From positions 64,001 to 128,000 of the IMG/VR virus record IMGVR_UViG_3300009081_000009: a DNA stretch of 64,000 nt, one strand, 5' to 3'. Below the pieces are notes generated by a model. That model made no database searches. It was not told where the DNA came from and saw only the letters and a list, made by a program, of their open reading frames with translations. The translations under genes and the position numbers were made by a program. Origin of the DNA: a virus. The number at the start of each line of letters is the position of its first letter. Position 1 is the stretch's first letter. Of the stretch, positions 21,494 to 31,379 are shown piece after piece.

Positions 21494-22725
21494 TGACACT
21501 ATTAACTGATAAATATTATGAAGCTGTTGTTATAACAGATGAAATTGACCCGAATCATGCTGGTGCTGTTCGTGTACATGTTCTTGGTGTTACTGATAAA
21601 TTAGAACCTGATAATCAACCATTTGTAGTACCTTCTATAAATGGAATGCAAGCAGTTCCCACCAAAGGAACCCTGCTTTACGTTGTATTTGATGAGGGTG
21701 ATATAAATATGGGTAGATATTTCTTTGTAGCACAAGACAAAAATTATTTACCGAGTGAGTATGTAACAGATTATCCGAATGTAGCTGTAACTAATTTGGG
21801 TGATGATACATTTTTATTAACTCATAATAGAAGAACTAGAACAAGTATAATCACACATCCAAGTGATAGTAGCGTTACGTGGAATAATTTTGGTGCTATT
21901 ATACATGATAGCGATAAAGGATATACCAATGCTGGTTATGGAGCACTTAATAATCAAGGAAGTAAAATACAATCAGTCTTAACTGAAGGTACTGTGGATG
22001 TATTTTGTTGTACAGCTATCGGTAACAATATTGCTAATGGTGGTGCTCATCAAGGATCTGAATATTTATATGCTACTCATATATCTAAAGCAACTGTTGA
22101 TGCCATAAATGGTAAAGTTGTTTCTGACGATGAAAACAGTGAGGGTAATCCAGCACTTGAAGATGGTAGCAGTGAATTGGTTATTAATTCTATATACGAT
22201 GCGACTGGAAATGAAGTAGCAACAGTTGAATATTATCCAACTGAATCATATATCGAACGAAAGGATAAAGATATATCACATATAATTGTAGCGAACACTG
22301 GTAATAACAATTTCGTTGATGCTGCATCTAAAGTTGTCGAGAAGAATAGTAATTATGGGTGTCATTATTTGATAGGTCGAAGTAATGGAACTCCACCAGT
22401 TGACTCTGAACGCGAAGGTGATTCGACATCACGTGCATCTGGATTCATGCAATTTGTTGAGACTACAAACGATGTTTATTTTGGAAGTAATGCTAAACTA
22501 TTACCATCAACTGATGCAGCTAATAAGAATGCGGTTGTTATCATGTTAGTGGGTGATGGTACATCATATACCCAATACCAATATGATATGCTAAATAAAT
22601 TGATCGCCCATGTAAAATATGTAGCTGGTGATACAGGGGTTAAATTTTTCGTTACGGATAATATGGTAGCAGTTCCAGCATATGAAACGATTGGAGCATT
22701 AGATCCATCGAAGGTTAATAAATAA
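21493..22725 (+). CDS. Baseplate spike gp5-like protein with C-terminal amidase_2-like domain
   Basis: N-term DP.HAGAVRVHVLG..P.KG..V.F OB fold; C-term SHIIV..YGCHYLIGR..YTQYQYDML. Confidence 0.75.
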   Translation: MTLLTDKYYEAVVITDEIDPNHAGAVRVHVLGVTDKLEPDNQPFVVPSINGMQAVPTKGTLLYVVFDEGDINMGRYFFVAQDKNYLPSEYVTDYPNVAVTNLGDDTFLLTHNRRTRTSIITHPSDSSVTWNNFGAIIHDSDKGYTNAGYGALNNQGSKIQSVLTEGTVDVFCCTAIGNNIANGGAHQGSEYLYATHISKATVDAINGKVVSDDENSEGNPALEDGSSELVINSIYDATGNEVATVEYYPTESYIERKDKDISHIIVANTGNNNFVDAASKVVEKNSNYGCHYLIGRSNGTPPVDSEREGDSTSRASGFMQFVETTNDVYFGSNAKLLPSTDAANKNAVVIMLVGDGTSYTQYQYDMLNKLIAHVKYVAGDTGVKFFVTDNMVAVPAYETIGALDPSKVNK

Positions 22726-22727
22726 TT

Positions 22728-24554
22728 ATGGCTAAATGTATTAAAGATATTATAGATAACAATGTTGCTAGTGGTGGTATTGGAAATGCTTCCAGTGCAT
22801 CATCGACAACAGCATATCCAAGTGGGTATGGAACATATATAAATGCTCCAATCTCATCTAATGGAGATATAAAATACGCTGATAATTTTGTTGACGCTCT
22901 AAGTAGTGCTACGATGAAACTTAGAAATACCGACTGTACTCAAACTGTATTAGATTTCTTTTCTAATCAATTTCCTGCTGCATCTAGCATGGCAAAAAAA
23001 TCATATGATTGGGTTTCTGATAATGCAAATTTACAAAGTGGAATGTCTGCATTAGGTAATAAATTAAAAGGTGGTAGTCTAGAAAAAATGACAGATCAGT
23101 TCTGTGATACAGTGACAACATTATCCAGAACTCTTATATTTTATCTAGACACAGCTACTAAAGCAGCATTTGTATTATTTAAGAAAATCGATGCATTAAA
23201 ACGAAAAATAGAAAAGGCTTTGCTTGAATTTACCGATGCAGTTAGAAACTGTATTGTTAGTGTTATAGTAGATGCAAAAAATGCAATTAATCGAGTAGTT
23301 CGAAAGGTTTTGGATTTTGATATAGTCCTTGATTTAATGAGACATTGCCCTTGTATAACAAAAATAATAGCTAGTTTATTTAATTGTAAACGAGATTCCG
23401 ATGGTAATAAATTAACAACTCCAGAAGAGGTATTAAACTGCGTCCTTGAAAAGTATACATTAGATCCAACTCAAATCATAAATGCAATTAATAATTTTAT
23501 TGATAATACAATATTAAGTACTATAAATAAAGGCTTTAATATGTTGGATGAATTCATAAAAACTACTATGGAATTATTGATGGCTCCTTTTAGAGCATTA
23601 ATTCGATTGTATGCTAAATTATTAAATACGAAAATAAATATGACGTTTATTATTCGTGGATTAGGCCCAGCGGAATGCTTACTTATATATACAAAGGAGC
23701 ACACTAAATCAGGTGGTTCTTATCTTGGTATGAGTATAATAGATATGGTAAACACATTAAAATCATGGGCTAATTGCTTTGAGTTTGCGTGTCAATCATT
23801 CACGGAAGATATGGCAACTAAAATAAAGGAATTAAATGAAAATCTTAGATTAGATGATAAATACTGGCGTGATGTTATGTCAATTGATTTATACCAATCG
23901 GCTATTGGCGCAAAGGTGCAATCAAATCAGCCTAGACCTGCTATGATTCGAGAAATATTTACAAAGAATCAAGGTAAAGGAAAAAACGTATTTATTGGTA
24001 TTATTGATTCCTTTAAGCAAGTTGGAAAAATAACAATAGATACAGGTCTATCAGATAAAACACTTGGAGAAACAGCAGAAGCCGTTAAATTTAAGGATGG
24101 GCCTGATAATGAAAGTGCTAATACTAATAATGGAATAAAAACATTAAATTCTACAGTCGAAAATAATTTAATGAGCATGGAATTAAATCTTGCTAGTGAT
24201 ACATCATCTTTTTATGTAGAAAAATTATTACAGCTAGTTGATTGGGAAGGAACATTCAAAAAAAGTGGTGCTCATAATACTCAAATTGATAAATTAATTG
24301 CAACCCAACAAACATTAACTCCTGATTACTCAACCATTCAAATATCAACTGCATATGTATCTAATAATGATCGAGTGTATTATGCAGGAGATGCTACGGA
24401 AACCATTTCTGATGTAAAGCCTACATACGAAATTACTGATGACTATAATAGTACGAGTATAAACAAAATAAATAACTATGAAACTCCGGTGAGAAATGAA
24501 TCCGAATCATTAACGGATTACTATAGACGCTGGTATAATGGAGCTATTGCATAA
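22728..24554 (+). CDS. Hypothetical Cys-rich structural protein
   Basis: Long ORF in tail operon. Confidence 0.6.
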   Translation: MAKCIKDIIDNNVASGGIGNASSASSTTAYPSGYGTYINAPISSNGDIKYADNFVDALSSATMKLRNTDCTQTVLDFFSNQFPAASSMAKKSYDWVSDNANLQSGMSALGNKLKGGSLEKMTDQFCDTVTTLSRTLIFYLDTATKAAFVLFKKIDALKRKIEKALLEFTDAVRNCIVSVIVDAKNAINRVVRKVLDFDIVLDLMRHCPCITKIIASLFNCKRDSDGNKLTTPEEVLNCVLEKYTLDPTQIINAINNFIDNTILSTINKGFNMLDEFIKTTMELLMAPFRALIRLYAKLLNTKINMTFIIRGLGPAECLLIYTKEHTKSGGSYLGMSIIDMVNTLKSWANCFEFACQSFTEDMATKIKELNENLRLDDKYWRDVMSIDLYQSAIGAKVQSNQPRPAMIREIFTKNQGKGKNVFIGIIDSFKQVGKITIDTGLSDKTLGETAEAVKFKDGPDNESANTNNGIKTLNSTVENNLMSMELNLASDTSSFYVEKLLQLVDWEGTFKKSGAHNTQIDKLIATQQTLTPDYSTIQISTAYVSNNDRVYYAGDATETISDVKPTYEITDDYNSTSINKINNYETPVRNESESLTDYYRRWYNGAIA

Positions 24555-25060
24555 TGGGAATAAATTACAAGACAGATACCAATAAAGGATATTATCAGAT
24601 ACTAAATAAAGAAAAATATTATCCTACTGGAAAGGTTCCTATATACAAGTCAGGATGGGAGCTACAAGTATTTCATGCACTTGATGTAAATCCTAATGTA
24701 TTATATTGGGGTTATGAGCCATTGGAAATATATTATTTTAGTCCACGATATTTAAAATATACCGTATATTACCCTGATATTCTATGTCATATCCGTATGG
24801 ATAGCGGAGTTGAGCAAAAACTATTATTGGAAATTAAACCAAATAAATTTGTGGTTATGCCAAAAGTTCCAACTAAACCGAAAGAAAATACTCCACAAAA
24901 ATGGGATAAATATCGAAAGGCGACTATTAATTATAATAATAATTTAAAGGATTATATGGTTAATATGGCTAAATGGGAAGCAGCGCAACAATGGTGTTTA
25001 AAGAACAATGTAATGTGGCGAATTCTAAGCGAAAAAAATACCAATACTTTATTTAAATAA
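24554..25060 (+). CDS. Head completion nuclease (gp4-like)
   Basis: YKSGWE, WGYE, YYPD, EIKP, NMAKWEAA. Confidence 0.9.
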   Translation: MGINYKTDTNKGYYQILNKEKYYPTGKVPIYKSGWELQVFHALDVNPNVLYWGYEPLEIYYFSPRYLKYTVYYPDILCHIRMDSGVEQKLLLEIKPNKFVVMPKVPTKPKENTPQKWDKYRKATINYNNNLKDYMVNMAKWEAAQQWCLKNNVMWRILSEKNTNTLFK

Positions 25061-25096
25061 TGTATAATTTATAGTAAGATTAAATTAAGGAATTAT

Positions 25097-25528
25097 ATGT
25101 CCTGCTGTAACCAAACTGCACAGTTGGATACTATCTATTTATCTTTACATAAGCGGTTACTTGAATTCGGAAATGAGATATATGGCGAACAGCTAATGGC
25201 TTCTCATCCAAGTACCTTCATGTGGATATTTACATTTTATTCAGATGCTGAATTATGTGAAGAATGCCAATTTTCATTCTCTGCGATGAATAAATGGTTT
25301 CATGATTATGGTTTATTTAATGATCCAATTAGAAATGTTAAATGGATTATTGAAGATGAACCAGAAAAGAATTTCATTTATAAAGAATTGGGGTTTTCAA
25401 AAACTCCAATGCACTTATTTTGTGATAAAGATGGAAAAATAATAGATATTATAATGGGATTTCCTACTCCAGAATGGTTAGAGAAACATATATTACCTTT
25501 AATACAAGCGGATATGAATATATTATGA
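25097..25528 (+). CDS. Thioredoxin-like protein
   Basis: CEEC and TP motif, DKDGKI..GF. Confidence 0.75.
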   Translation: MSCCNQTAQLDTIYLSLHKRLLEFGNEIYGEQLMASHPSTFMWIFTFYSDAELCEECQFSFSAMNKWFHDYGLFNDPIRNVKWIIEDEPEKNFIYKELGFSKTPMHLFCDKDGKIIDIIMGFPTPEWLEKHILPLIQADMNIL

Positions 25529-26565
25529 ACAAAACCAAACCCAATGCCGTAGTTATCGGCTATACTTTAGATTCGGCTATATTAGCTCGTGAACTTGCTC
25601 AAAAAGGAAATAAGCAAGTTACTTATCTAAAGACTGGTAGATTAGGTTATCCACTGGATGACCTTAAAGACTACATTTCATATGAAGATGTGATTAATTT
25701 AAACACGTTGGGTGTCGATGTTGAATATAGAAAGCTAATCAATGGATCATATGTCTTTATGCCATATGATGCATTAAAGTTTGTAAATAATCGAAATGGT
25801 TTATTGAGTTATCCATTAAATAAGTCAAGTTTTGATTCAGCCGAAGAATGGGAGCAATTAGAATTTTGCCTTCATAAATTATCAGAATTTCGCGAAACAC
25901 TTGAAGACTCAACTAATTTCATCAATATTTATAAAAACTTCTTCCCTAAATGGTTATATGATAGCCTATTAAAGTATATGGGTATCAATAAATGGGGTAA
26001 AATAAGACAATCTCAGTTTAGTAGAGAAGCACTGGCTAAAGAAATTAATCTATCATATCTCGACTCAACCAATACAGGAACCGCATTCAAACCCGTAAAT
26101 GGATATGAAGATATATGTAATCGATTGCTGAATCATCCCAATATAAAAATTGGAAGTATTCAATTGGATGATATCAGAAAAATACTAATTAAACGACATG
26201 TAAATAGCGATATCATTGTATGCGATAATAGAATTGACTATATTTGCAACTACACATATGGTAATTTTGATAGAGTACAGTTTAGGTCAGAACCCGTAAT
26301 TGAGCGAAATTTAGAGGAATTTATTGATATCAGTGAAGGTGTGGTGATAACCCCCATGAAAGATTATTGGTGTATTTCAGCGGATAGAGGGGATATAACC
26401 AAGCTATATAGTACAGCAGTGCAAGATCTGAAATATACGAAGCAATCTGACATTCCAATGACGTTAGCCAACAAGAAAATGTATGCAGAATACAAGAAAA
26501 TGCTAACCCTATACTCAGGTAAGATACTAGATTTGGATAGTAGAGTGGTTACTATTATAAAGTAG
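25525..26565 (+). CDS. Divergent UDP-galactopyranose mutase-like protein
   Basis: VVIG..ARELA, KWG, P.NGY....LLNHPNI; Rossmann glycines degenerate. Confidence 0.55.
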   Translation: MNKTKPNAVVIGYTLDSAILARELAQKGNKQVTYLKTGRLGYPLDDLKDYISYEDVINLNTLGVDVEYRKLINGSYVFMPYDALKFVNNRNGLLSYPLNKSSFDSAEEWEQLEFCLHKLSEFRETLEDSTNFINIYKNFFPKWLYDSLLKYMGINKWGKIRQSQFSREALAKEINLSYLDSTNTGTAFKPVNGYEDICNRLLNHPNIKIGSIQLDDIRKILIKRHVNSDIIVCDNRIDYICNYTYGNFDRVQFRSEPVIERNLEEFIDISEGVVITPMKDYWCISADRGDITKLYSTAVQDLKYTKQSDIPMTLANKKMYAEYKKMLTLYSGKILDLDSRVVTIIK

Positions 26566-26578
26566 ACTATATTAGGCA

Positions 26579-26607
26579 TTGACAAATGAAACGTAATCAT
26601 CTATATT
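26579..26607 (+). promoter_or_regulatory. Sigma70-type promoter TTGACA-17-TATATT
   Basis: Same architecture recurs at 35876, 40215, 49981, 56736, 59741, 61083, 62513. Confidence 0.8.
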
Positions 26608-26635
26608 ATAGGTAGAGATAACCAAAGGAGTCGAT

Positions 26636-26788
26636 ATGCAGAACACTAACCAAACAAACGATACCGAAAGTCAATCAGCATTTTTGTCTATAGAGGAAGT
26701 CGCTGATTTTCACAAGTGGCAAGCGGATAAGTTGAATACTGGAAGCAAATACGAAATCATCCAAGATGGTAAATTACCGACCCCATGA
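26636..26788 (+). CDS. Small hypothetical protein (50 aa, not in ORF track)
   Basis: SD AAAGGAG, promoter upstream, ATGA coupling to the next gene. Confidence 0.7.
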   Translation: MQNTNQTNDTESQSAFLSIEEVADFHKWQADKLNTGSKYEIIQDGKLPTP

Positions 26789-27696
26789 AAGTTGCCTTAA
26801 TAATCCCATTATATAAGCAATCTATGTATTGGCATAGATTGCTTTCTGGTATTCAGAAACAGTCATTGAAGCCTGATACTGTGTACATTATAGTAGACAG
26901 GCCATCGGATGATTTAGGGGCTTTGGACAGCACAGGAAAGCCATTAAACGACAAATGGAATGCTCTGGCTGAGATAAGTAAGCTAAACGCATCAATTCAT
27001 GACATAAACATAAAATTGATTGTAATTGATAAAGTTCCTAATGGAATTCAGAGAACAAAACCCGACTCGCCTGTATTTTTGGCTGGATATGCTAGAAATA
27101 TAGGAATTGAACAGGCCATTAAAGACGGTTCCGATATCTTCGTTTTTATGGATGGTGATTGTATACCACAAGACGATTTTATTAAATCTCATGTAGAATT
27201 GTGCTCAAATAAATTACCTATAATGAGTATTGGAAGACGCAGAGAATCTAAATTGCGTTGGATGGATCAACGGGAAGTAAGTGCTAATTTAACTCATTTG
27301 AGATTGTTTGATAAAATGGGTAGCTTGATTAATAACCCAGATTTATTGAAACAATGTTTAATTGTATGGTCATGCAATATTGCAATGAATTTAGCTGCTA
27401 TTAAATTAATTTATAAATTCAATGAAGCATACTATCAACGAACTGAGATATTTAATAGTACATTTAATGGCGTATGGGGTGGTGAAGATAGTTTTTTGGG
27501 TATAACTGCTTGGTATTGTCGTATTTTTATACATACATTAGGTAATATAAAATCAGGCGTTGAACATATTGATCATCAACGACCAGAATCTATATATAAC
27601 AAAGAACATAAAATATTTTTTGATGCTCAGTGTGATATGTTACGAAAGAAACTCGTATTAAATCCAATCAATCTAAATTTATTGAATTATACTTAA
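26785..27696 (+). CDS. GT2 family glycosyltransferase
   Basis: IIPLY, ARNIG, FMDGDC, WGGED. Confidence 0.9.
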   Translation: MKVALIIPLYKQSMYWHRLLSGIQKQSLKPDTVYIIVDRPSDDLGALDSTGKPLNDKWNALAEISKLNASIHDINIKLIVIDKVPNGIQRTKPDSPVFLAGYARNIGIEQAIKDGSDIFVFMDGDCIPQDDFIKSHVELCSNKLPIMSIGRRRESKLRWMDQREVSANLTHLRLFDKMGSLINNPDLLKQCLIVWSCNIAMNLAAIKLIYKFNEAYYQRTEIFNSTFNGVWGGEDSFLGITAWYCRIFIHTLGNIKSGVEHIDHQRPESIYNKEHKIFFDAQCDMLRKKLVLNPINLNLLNYT

Positions 27697-28577
27697 TCTT
27701 TATAATATCCATTCATAGGATCTTTTAATTTAGATGTTTCTAATTCAAATGCACTGGTGTTATATTGAGTAGTTCCATTTTTTAACATAGTTGAATCAAT
27801 ACCAATACTCGTATTATCTCTTAATCCACGGAATGCATCATTAAATGATCCTTGGAATGTATTAGGAACATCAAAAGTAACTTTATATTCCATTATATCT
27901 TTACTATCATTTTTTATTACCATCGATGATATGTCAGATAAAACCGCAGAATTAAATTCAAACACTTGTGATACAACTGTGTCAATCGTATCTTTTCTAG
28001 GTTTATTAAATTCAGTAAGTGCAACATCGTTTACAAATTGTTCTTGTAAAATAGCAATATAGATACCTAATTTCTGGAATGAGCTTTTAGGTTTTAATAT
28101 TTGAGATGAATAAAATTGATTTATAATAGCATTAAAAAATTGATACCATAGAAGGTGTTTATCCTCTCGTATCTCTAATACAACCTTACCGCCTTCAGTT
28201 GTGCCCATTATAACAGGATATTTAATAGATTTAATCGAATCTATATAATTTTCAGTGCTTATTTTTGATGATGTGTGTGGAATGGTGACATTACTACATG
28301 CCCATTTTAATTCGATTTGAGGAGGTTCATCGGCATAATAGAATACCTTTTTCCAATTATTAAATGCATCATTGTATACATGACTTCCATGAGATATTTT
28401 TTGGTTTTTTGATAATGAATCTGTTTTTGATTCCTTTTCCATTTTTGTGATAGCTTTACCAACATATTCTCCGTATAATCCAACTAAGAATTTATTTGTT
28501 CTGTATACACTGGCATTGCCATAGAATTCATCTACACGCTCTTTCATTGTTTTTTCTATCGAATGTACTATAGGCAT
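27693..28577 (-). CDS. Tail tube-fold protein (gp54-like, tentative)
   Basis: RTNKFLV..NVTIP..VLEIRED..YKVTF pattern. Confidence 0.45.
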   Translation of the reverse strand: MPIVHSIEKTMKERVDEFYGNASVYRTNKFLVGLYGEYVGKAITKMEKESKTDSLSKNQKISHGSHVYNDAFNNWKKVFYYADEPPQIELKWACSNVTIPHTSSKISTENYIDSIKSIKYPVIMGTTEGGKVVLEIREDKHLLWYQFFNAIINQFYSSQILKPKSSFQKLGIYIAILQEQFVNDVALTEFNKPRKDTIDTVVSQVFEFNSAVLSDISSMVIKNDSKDIMEYKVTFDVPNTFQGSFNDAFRGLRDNTSIGIDSTMLKNGTTQYNTSAFELETSKLKDPMNGYYKD

Positions 28578-28585
28578 AAAATTCC

Positions 28586-29206
28586 TTAATTAGCTATACA
28601 GCTTGGTGTAGTATGTTCTTCAGGTGGTGCCATTCGTTCAATTGTTCGAAGCGAATATAAGAAACTCACTGTGAATTTAACTGGATCTGGGCCTAAAAAA
28701 TTAAGTGTTAATGGTTCTAATTCAATTGGGTAACATCTCTGAAATCTAATAATCTGATGCTTCTGATATGAATCGTCTGCCATGTGAATATCAATAAATG
28801 GAATCCAAGTACGTCTATTTCTATAATGACGATCATGTCCATATACACGGTGATTTAGATCTGTTATTGGAAATGCATCAGTTTGTCCACTCTGAATAGT
28901 TTCCATATAACGATTTAAAGTCCAATAATTTTCCATTCTGTCATCGCATATCATAGTGATAGTTAATACTTTATCATAATATTCATTATCTTCTGTGATG
29001 GGAATATGAACCATTGATTTATAACTACCATCCATTTTATATTTCAATGATAATCCCGGTGCTACGAATGCTGTAATGTTTCCATTTACAGTTTCTGATG
29101 ATGGCGCATCTGCCTGTGTATATGACACGGGAATCGGCCCAATATTACATCTAGCCGTTCCTTGGTGTAATCTACCTATATTTCTACTTAAAAGTGGGCC
29201 GTCCAT
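28586..29206 (-). CDS. Tail completion protein (gp3-like)
   Basis: LTITMICDDRMENY, F.RCYPIEL..L, FTVSFLY. Confidence 0.6.
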   Translation of the reverse strand: MDGPLLSRNIGRLHQGTARCNIGPIPVSYTQADAPSSETVNGNITAFVAPGLSLKYKMDGSYKSMVHIPITEDNEYYDKVLTITMICDDRMENYWTLNRYMETIQSGQTDAFPITDLNHRVYGHDRHYRNRRTWIPFIDIHMADDSYQKHQIIRFQRCYPIELEPLTLNFLGPDPVKFTVSFLYSLRTIERMAPPEEHTTPSCIAN

Positions 29207-29213
29207 TATTTAC

Positions 29214-29810
29214 CTATAATTTTATATAAAACTCATCACCTGATCGTGAGGTAAAATAAATTTCATCTATCCTATCAACTAGTTTATTAAAAACGGGTGA
29301 ATTTATAAATTTATCACATGACCCTTTTTTGACATACGCAATTGTAGCATGAGGAATATAAACATCAAATTTATCTGTATATTCCATATTATCACATATC
29401 AATTTATTTAATTCCATCAATTGATCGCTTTTTATATTAATTTTTAATACATCAAATGATGGATTGTTGTCAAAAATATCAATATTACCACACTGGATAT
29501 TAATAGATCCATATCCATTTACTAATTTGGTTAAATTATTTGGATCAGGATCATGTAATCCATATTTAACCGTAACGTGTGATGTTGTCTCATAACCCTC
29601 TATACCATTGTCTAAATCTATATATAAGGCTTCTTCCGGTATATTTTCCTTCGCCCATTCGGTAATTAATTGAGTGATGTAGTCATTTAAATTAAGCATA
29701 GCACAGCTAAAGCTATAAGTATGTTCTTTATTAGGTTGTTTTTGACTAGATTCCAAAATTCGTTTTTTCGCTCGTCTTGGTAGATTAGATAGGTATTTAG
29801 AGTAGTTCAT
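29214..29810 (-). CDS. 2H phosphoesterase, Acb1/T4 57B-like
   Basis: Two HxT motifs: SHVTVKYGL and YIPHATIAY. Confidence 0.8.
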   Translation of the reverse strand: MNYSKYLSNLPRRAKKRILESSQKQPNKEHTYSFSCAMLNLNDYITQLITEWAKENIPEEALYIDLDNGIEGYETTSHVTVKYGLHDPDPNNLTKLVNGYGSINIQCGNIDIFDNNPSFDVLKINIKSDQLMELNKLICDNMEYTDKFDVYIPHATIAYVKKGSCDKFINSPVFNKLVDRIDEIYFTSRSGDEFYIKL

Positions 29811-29830
29811 ATAGTCTTTTTATTTAATAG

Positions 29831-29844
29831 TAGTTTATAAACTA
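29831..29844. promoter_or_regulatory. Palindromic, bidirectional late promoter TAGTTTATAAACTA
   Basis: Perfect 14-bp palindrome made of two overlapping TATAAACTA between divergent genes. Confidence 0.7.
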
Positions 29845-29878
29845 TTACATTGAATCATAATTTAACAAAGGACTTATT

Positions 29879-30028
29879 ATGGCAGATCAAGTAGAAACAA
29901 CCGAAGAACCTATTCCATACGTTAATATGTTTGGTGCTGGATGGGAAGTTAGCGGAGCACAGTATACACCAACTAAATTAGGTGGTGTAGAATGCGATGA
30001 AAACGGAAATATAAAACCAATACAATAA
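29879..30028 (+). CDS. Small hypothetical late protein (49 aa, not in ORF track)
   Basis: SD AAAGGA, late motif upstream, terminator 30027-30052 downstream. Confidence 0.7.
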   Translation: MADQVETTEEPIPYVNMFGAGWEVSGAQYTPTKLGGVECDENGNIKPIQ

Positions 30029-30054
30029 AAGGAGCTTGTTAGCTCCTTTTTTAT

Positions 30055-31044
30055 TTATTTGAATTTGATTGGTTTTGGATCTGCCTTTACTTCGGATTTT
30101 GGTTTAACTACTCCCGTTTTATCACTCAGTACTGGATTCATTTTAGGTGCATTGGTAGGTACTTTATTATTAGTGGTTGTCTTTGCATCAATTCCATTTG
30201 TCTTATTAGTTACATCTGAAACATTCGCTGATTTAGAACCCTTAATTATATCAGTTGGTACATTTTGTTTAGTGAGTGCATCTTTAGCTTTAACAACACC
30301 AACTAAATCACCCTTTGGCTTAGCTGCATTGGAATCAACCTTGACTTCGGCTTCTGATTTCAATTCAACAATCTGACCACCATCTTTCTTAATAATAGGA
30401 ACTCCAATTTCTTGCTTTACAGTAGTCGTAGAGCCATCCCATTTTGTTACAGTCGTGGTGGTAAATGCATTGGATGGTTTAACGATGCCAACTAAATCAC
30501 CCTTTGGCTTAGCTGCATTGGAATCGACCTTAGTTTTGGTAGTTGTATCTGTTTTTATCGCATTAGCTGGTATATTAGCTATTTTTGGTACTGCTACAGA
30601 TACAGTCTTAGTTGTTACTGTGTCACCATTTACAGTTGTCTTAAATTCGGTAGTTGGTTTAACTACTCCAGTATTATCTTCCCATTCACCGTGATTTATA
30701 TTCTTAATGAATTTCTGCATTATTCCCATAATGCTATTGTCTTCATAATCAACTGTAGTTTCCTTTGTTTTATCACCAACAGTCTTAAACTCTGAATTTG
30801 GTTTTACGATGCCAGTTTGGTCATTTAATTCCAAATCGCGCTTTTTCTTATCTTTTTCAGTTAGATAGTCTTTATAATCAGTAAAGTTTTCTACACCGTC
30901 ATTAGCAACAGGAGTCCAGAATGGAAATAGTGCTTTTCCATCCATTAATTTCTTTTCACGCATTTCGAGTGGCTTGGTGTGATCTAAGTTTTGTTTCAAC
31001 ATTTTCTCAAACATATCGTTTGTAGGCATTTCATATCTTGACAT
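30055..31044 (-). CDS. Late Lys/Thr-rich repeat protein (G[IV]VK[PA] repeats)
   Basis: Five G(I/V)VK(P/A) repeats; duplicated KVDSNAAKPKGDLVG; late motif 31070-31078. Confidence 0.75.
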   Translation of the reverse strand: MSRYEMPTNDMFEKMLKQNLDHTKPLEMREKKLMDGKALFPFWTPVANDGVENFTDYKDYLTEKDKKKRDLELNDQTGIVKPNSEFKTVGDKTKETTVDYEDNSIMGIMQKFIKNINHGEWEDNTGVVKPTTEFKTTVNGDTVTTKTVSVAVPKIANIPANAIKTDTTTKTKVDSNAAKPKGDLVGIVKPSNAFTTTTVTKWDGSTTTVKQEIGVPIIKKDGGQIVELKSEAEVKVDSNAAKPKGDLVGVVKAKDALTKQNVPTDIIKGSKSANVSDVTNKTNGIDAKTTTNNKVPTNAPKMNPVLSDKTGVVKPKSEVKADPKPIKFK

Positions 31045-31113
31045 AGTATATTCCTGTCGGATTTATCAATAGTTTATAAGATTCACATTATAAACTATAA
31101 CAAAGAGGTATAT

Positions 31114-31350
31114 ATGACCAAAAATAAAAAATTTAATGAATTTCTTGAAAGTATTAAAGATGTTAATCCAACTTTGATAGAATCTATTATGCAGGGATAT
31201 GAAATTATACATGAAAGTAGTATAAATAAAGTAAATCAAATTAAAGATACATTAGGAGAACCAGAACCAGAACCAGATCAATTATTAGATGATGAACCTA
31301 CAGAAATAAACCCAGAACAAGATCCTACCCAAGAATATCCAAATATATAA
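31114..31350 (+). CDS. Small acidic late protein with KFNEFLES..LIESI..HES motif
   Basis: Late motif 31089-31097, SD GAGG. Confidence 0.7.
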   Translation: MTKNKKFNEFLESIKDVNPTLIESIMQGYEIIHESSINKVNQIKDTLGEPEPEPDQLLDDEPTEINPEQDPTQEYPNI

Positions 31351-31379
31351 AAGAAAGCAGTCCTATTGGACTGCCTTTT

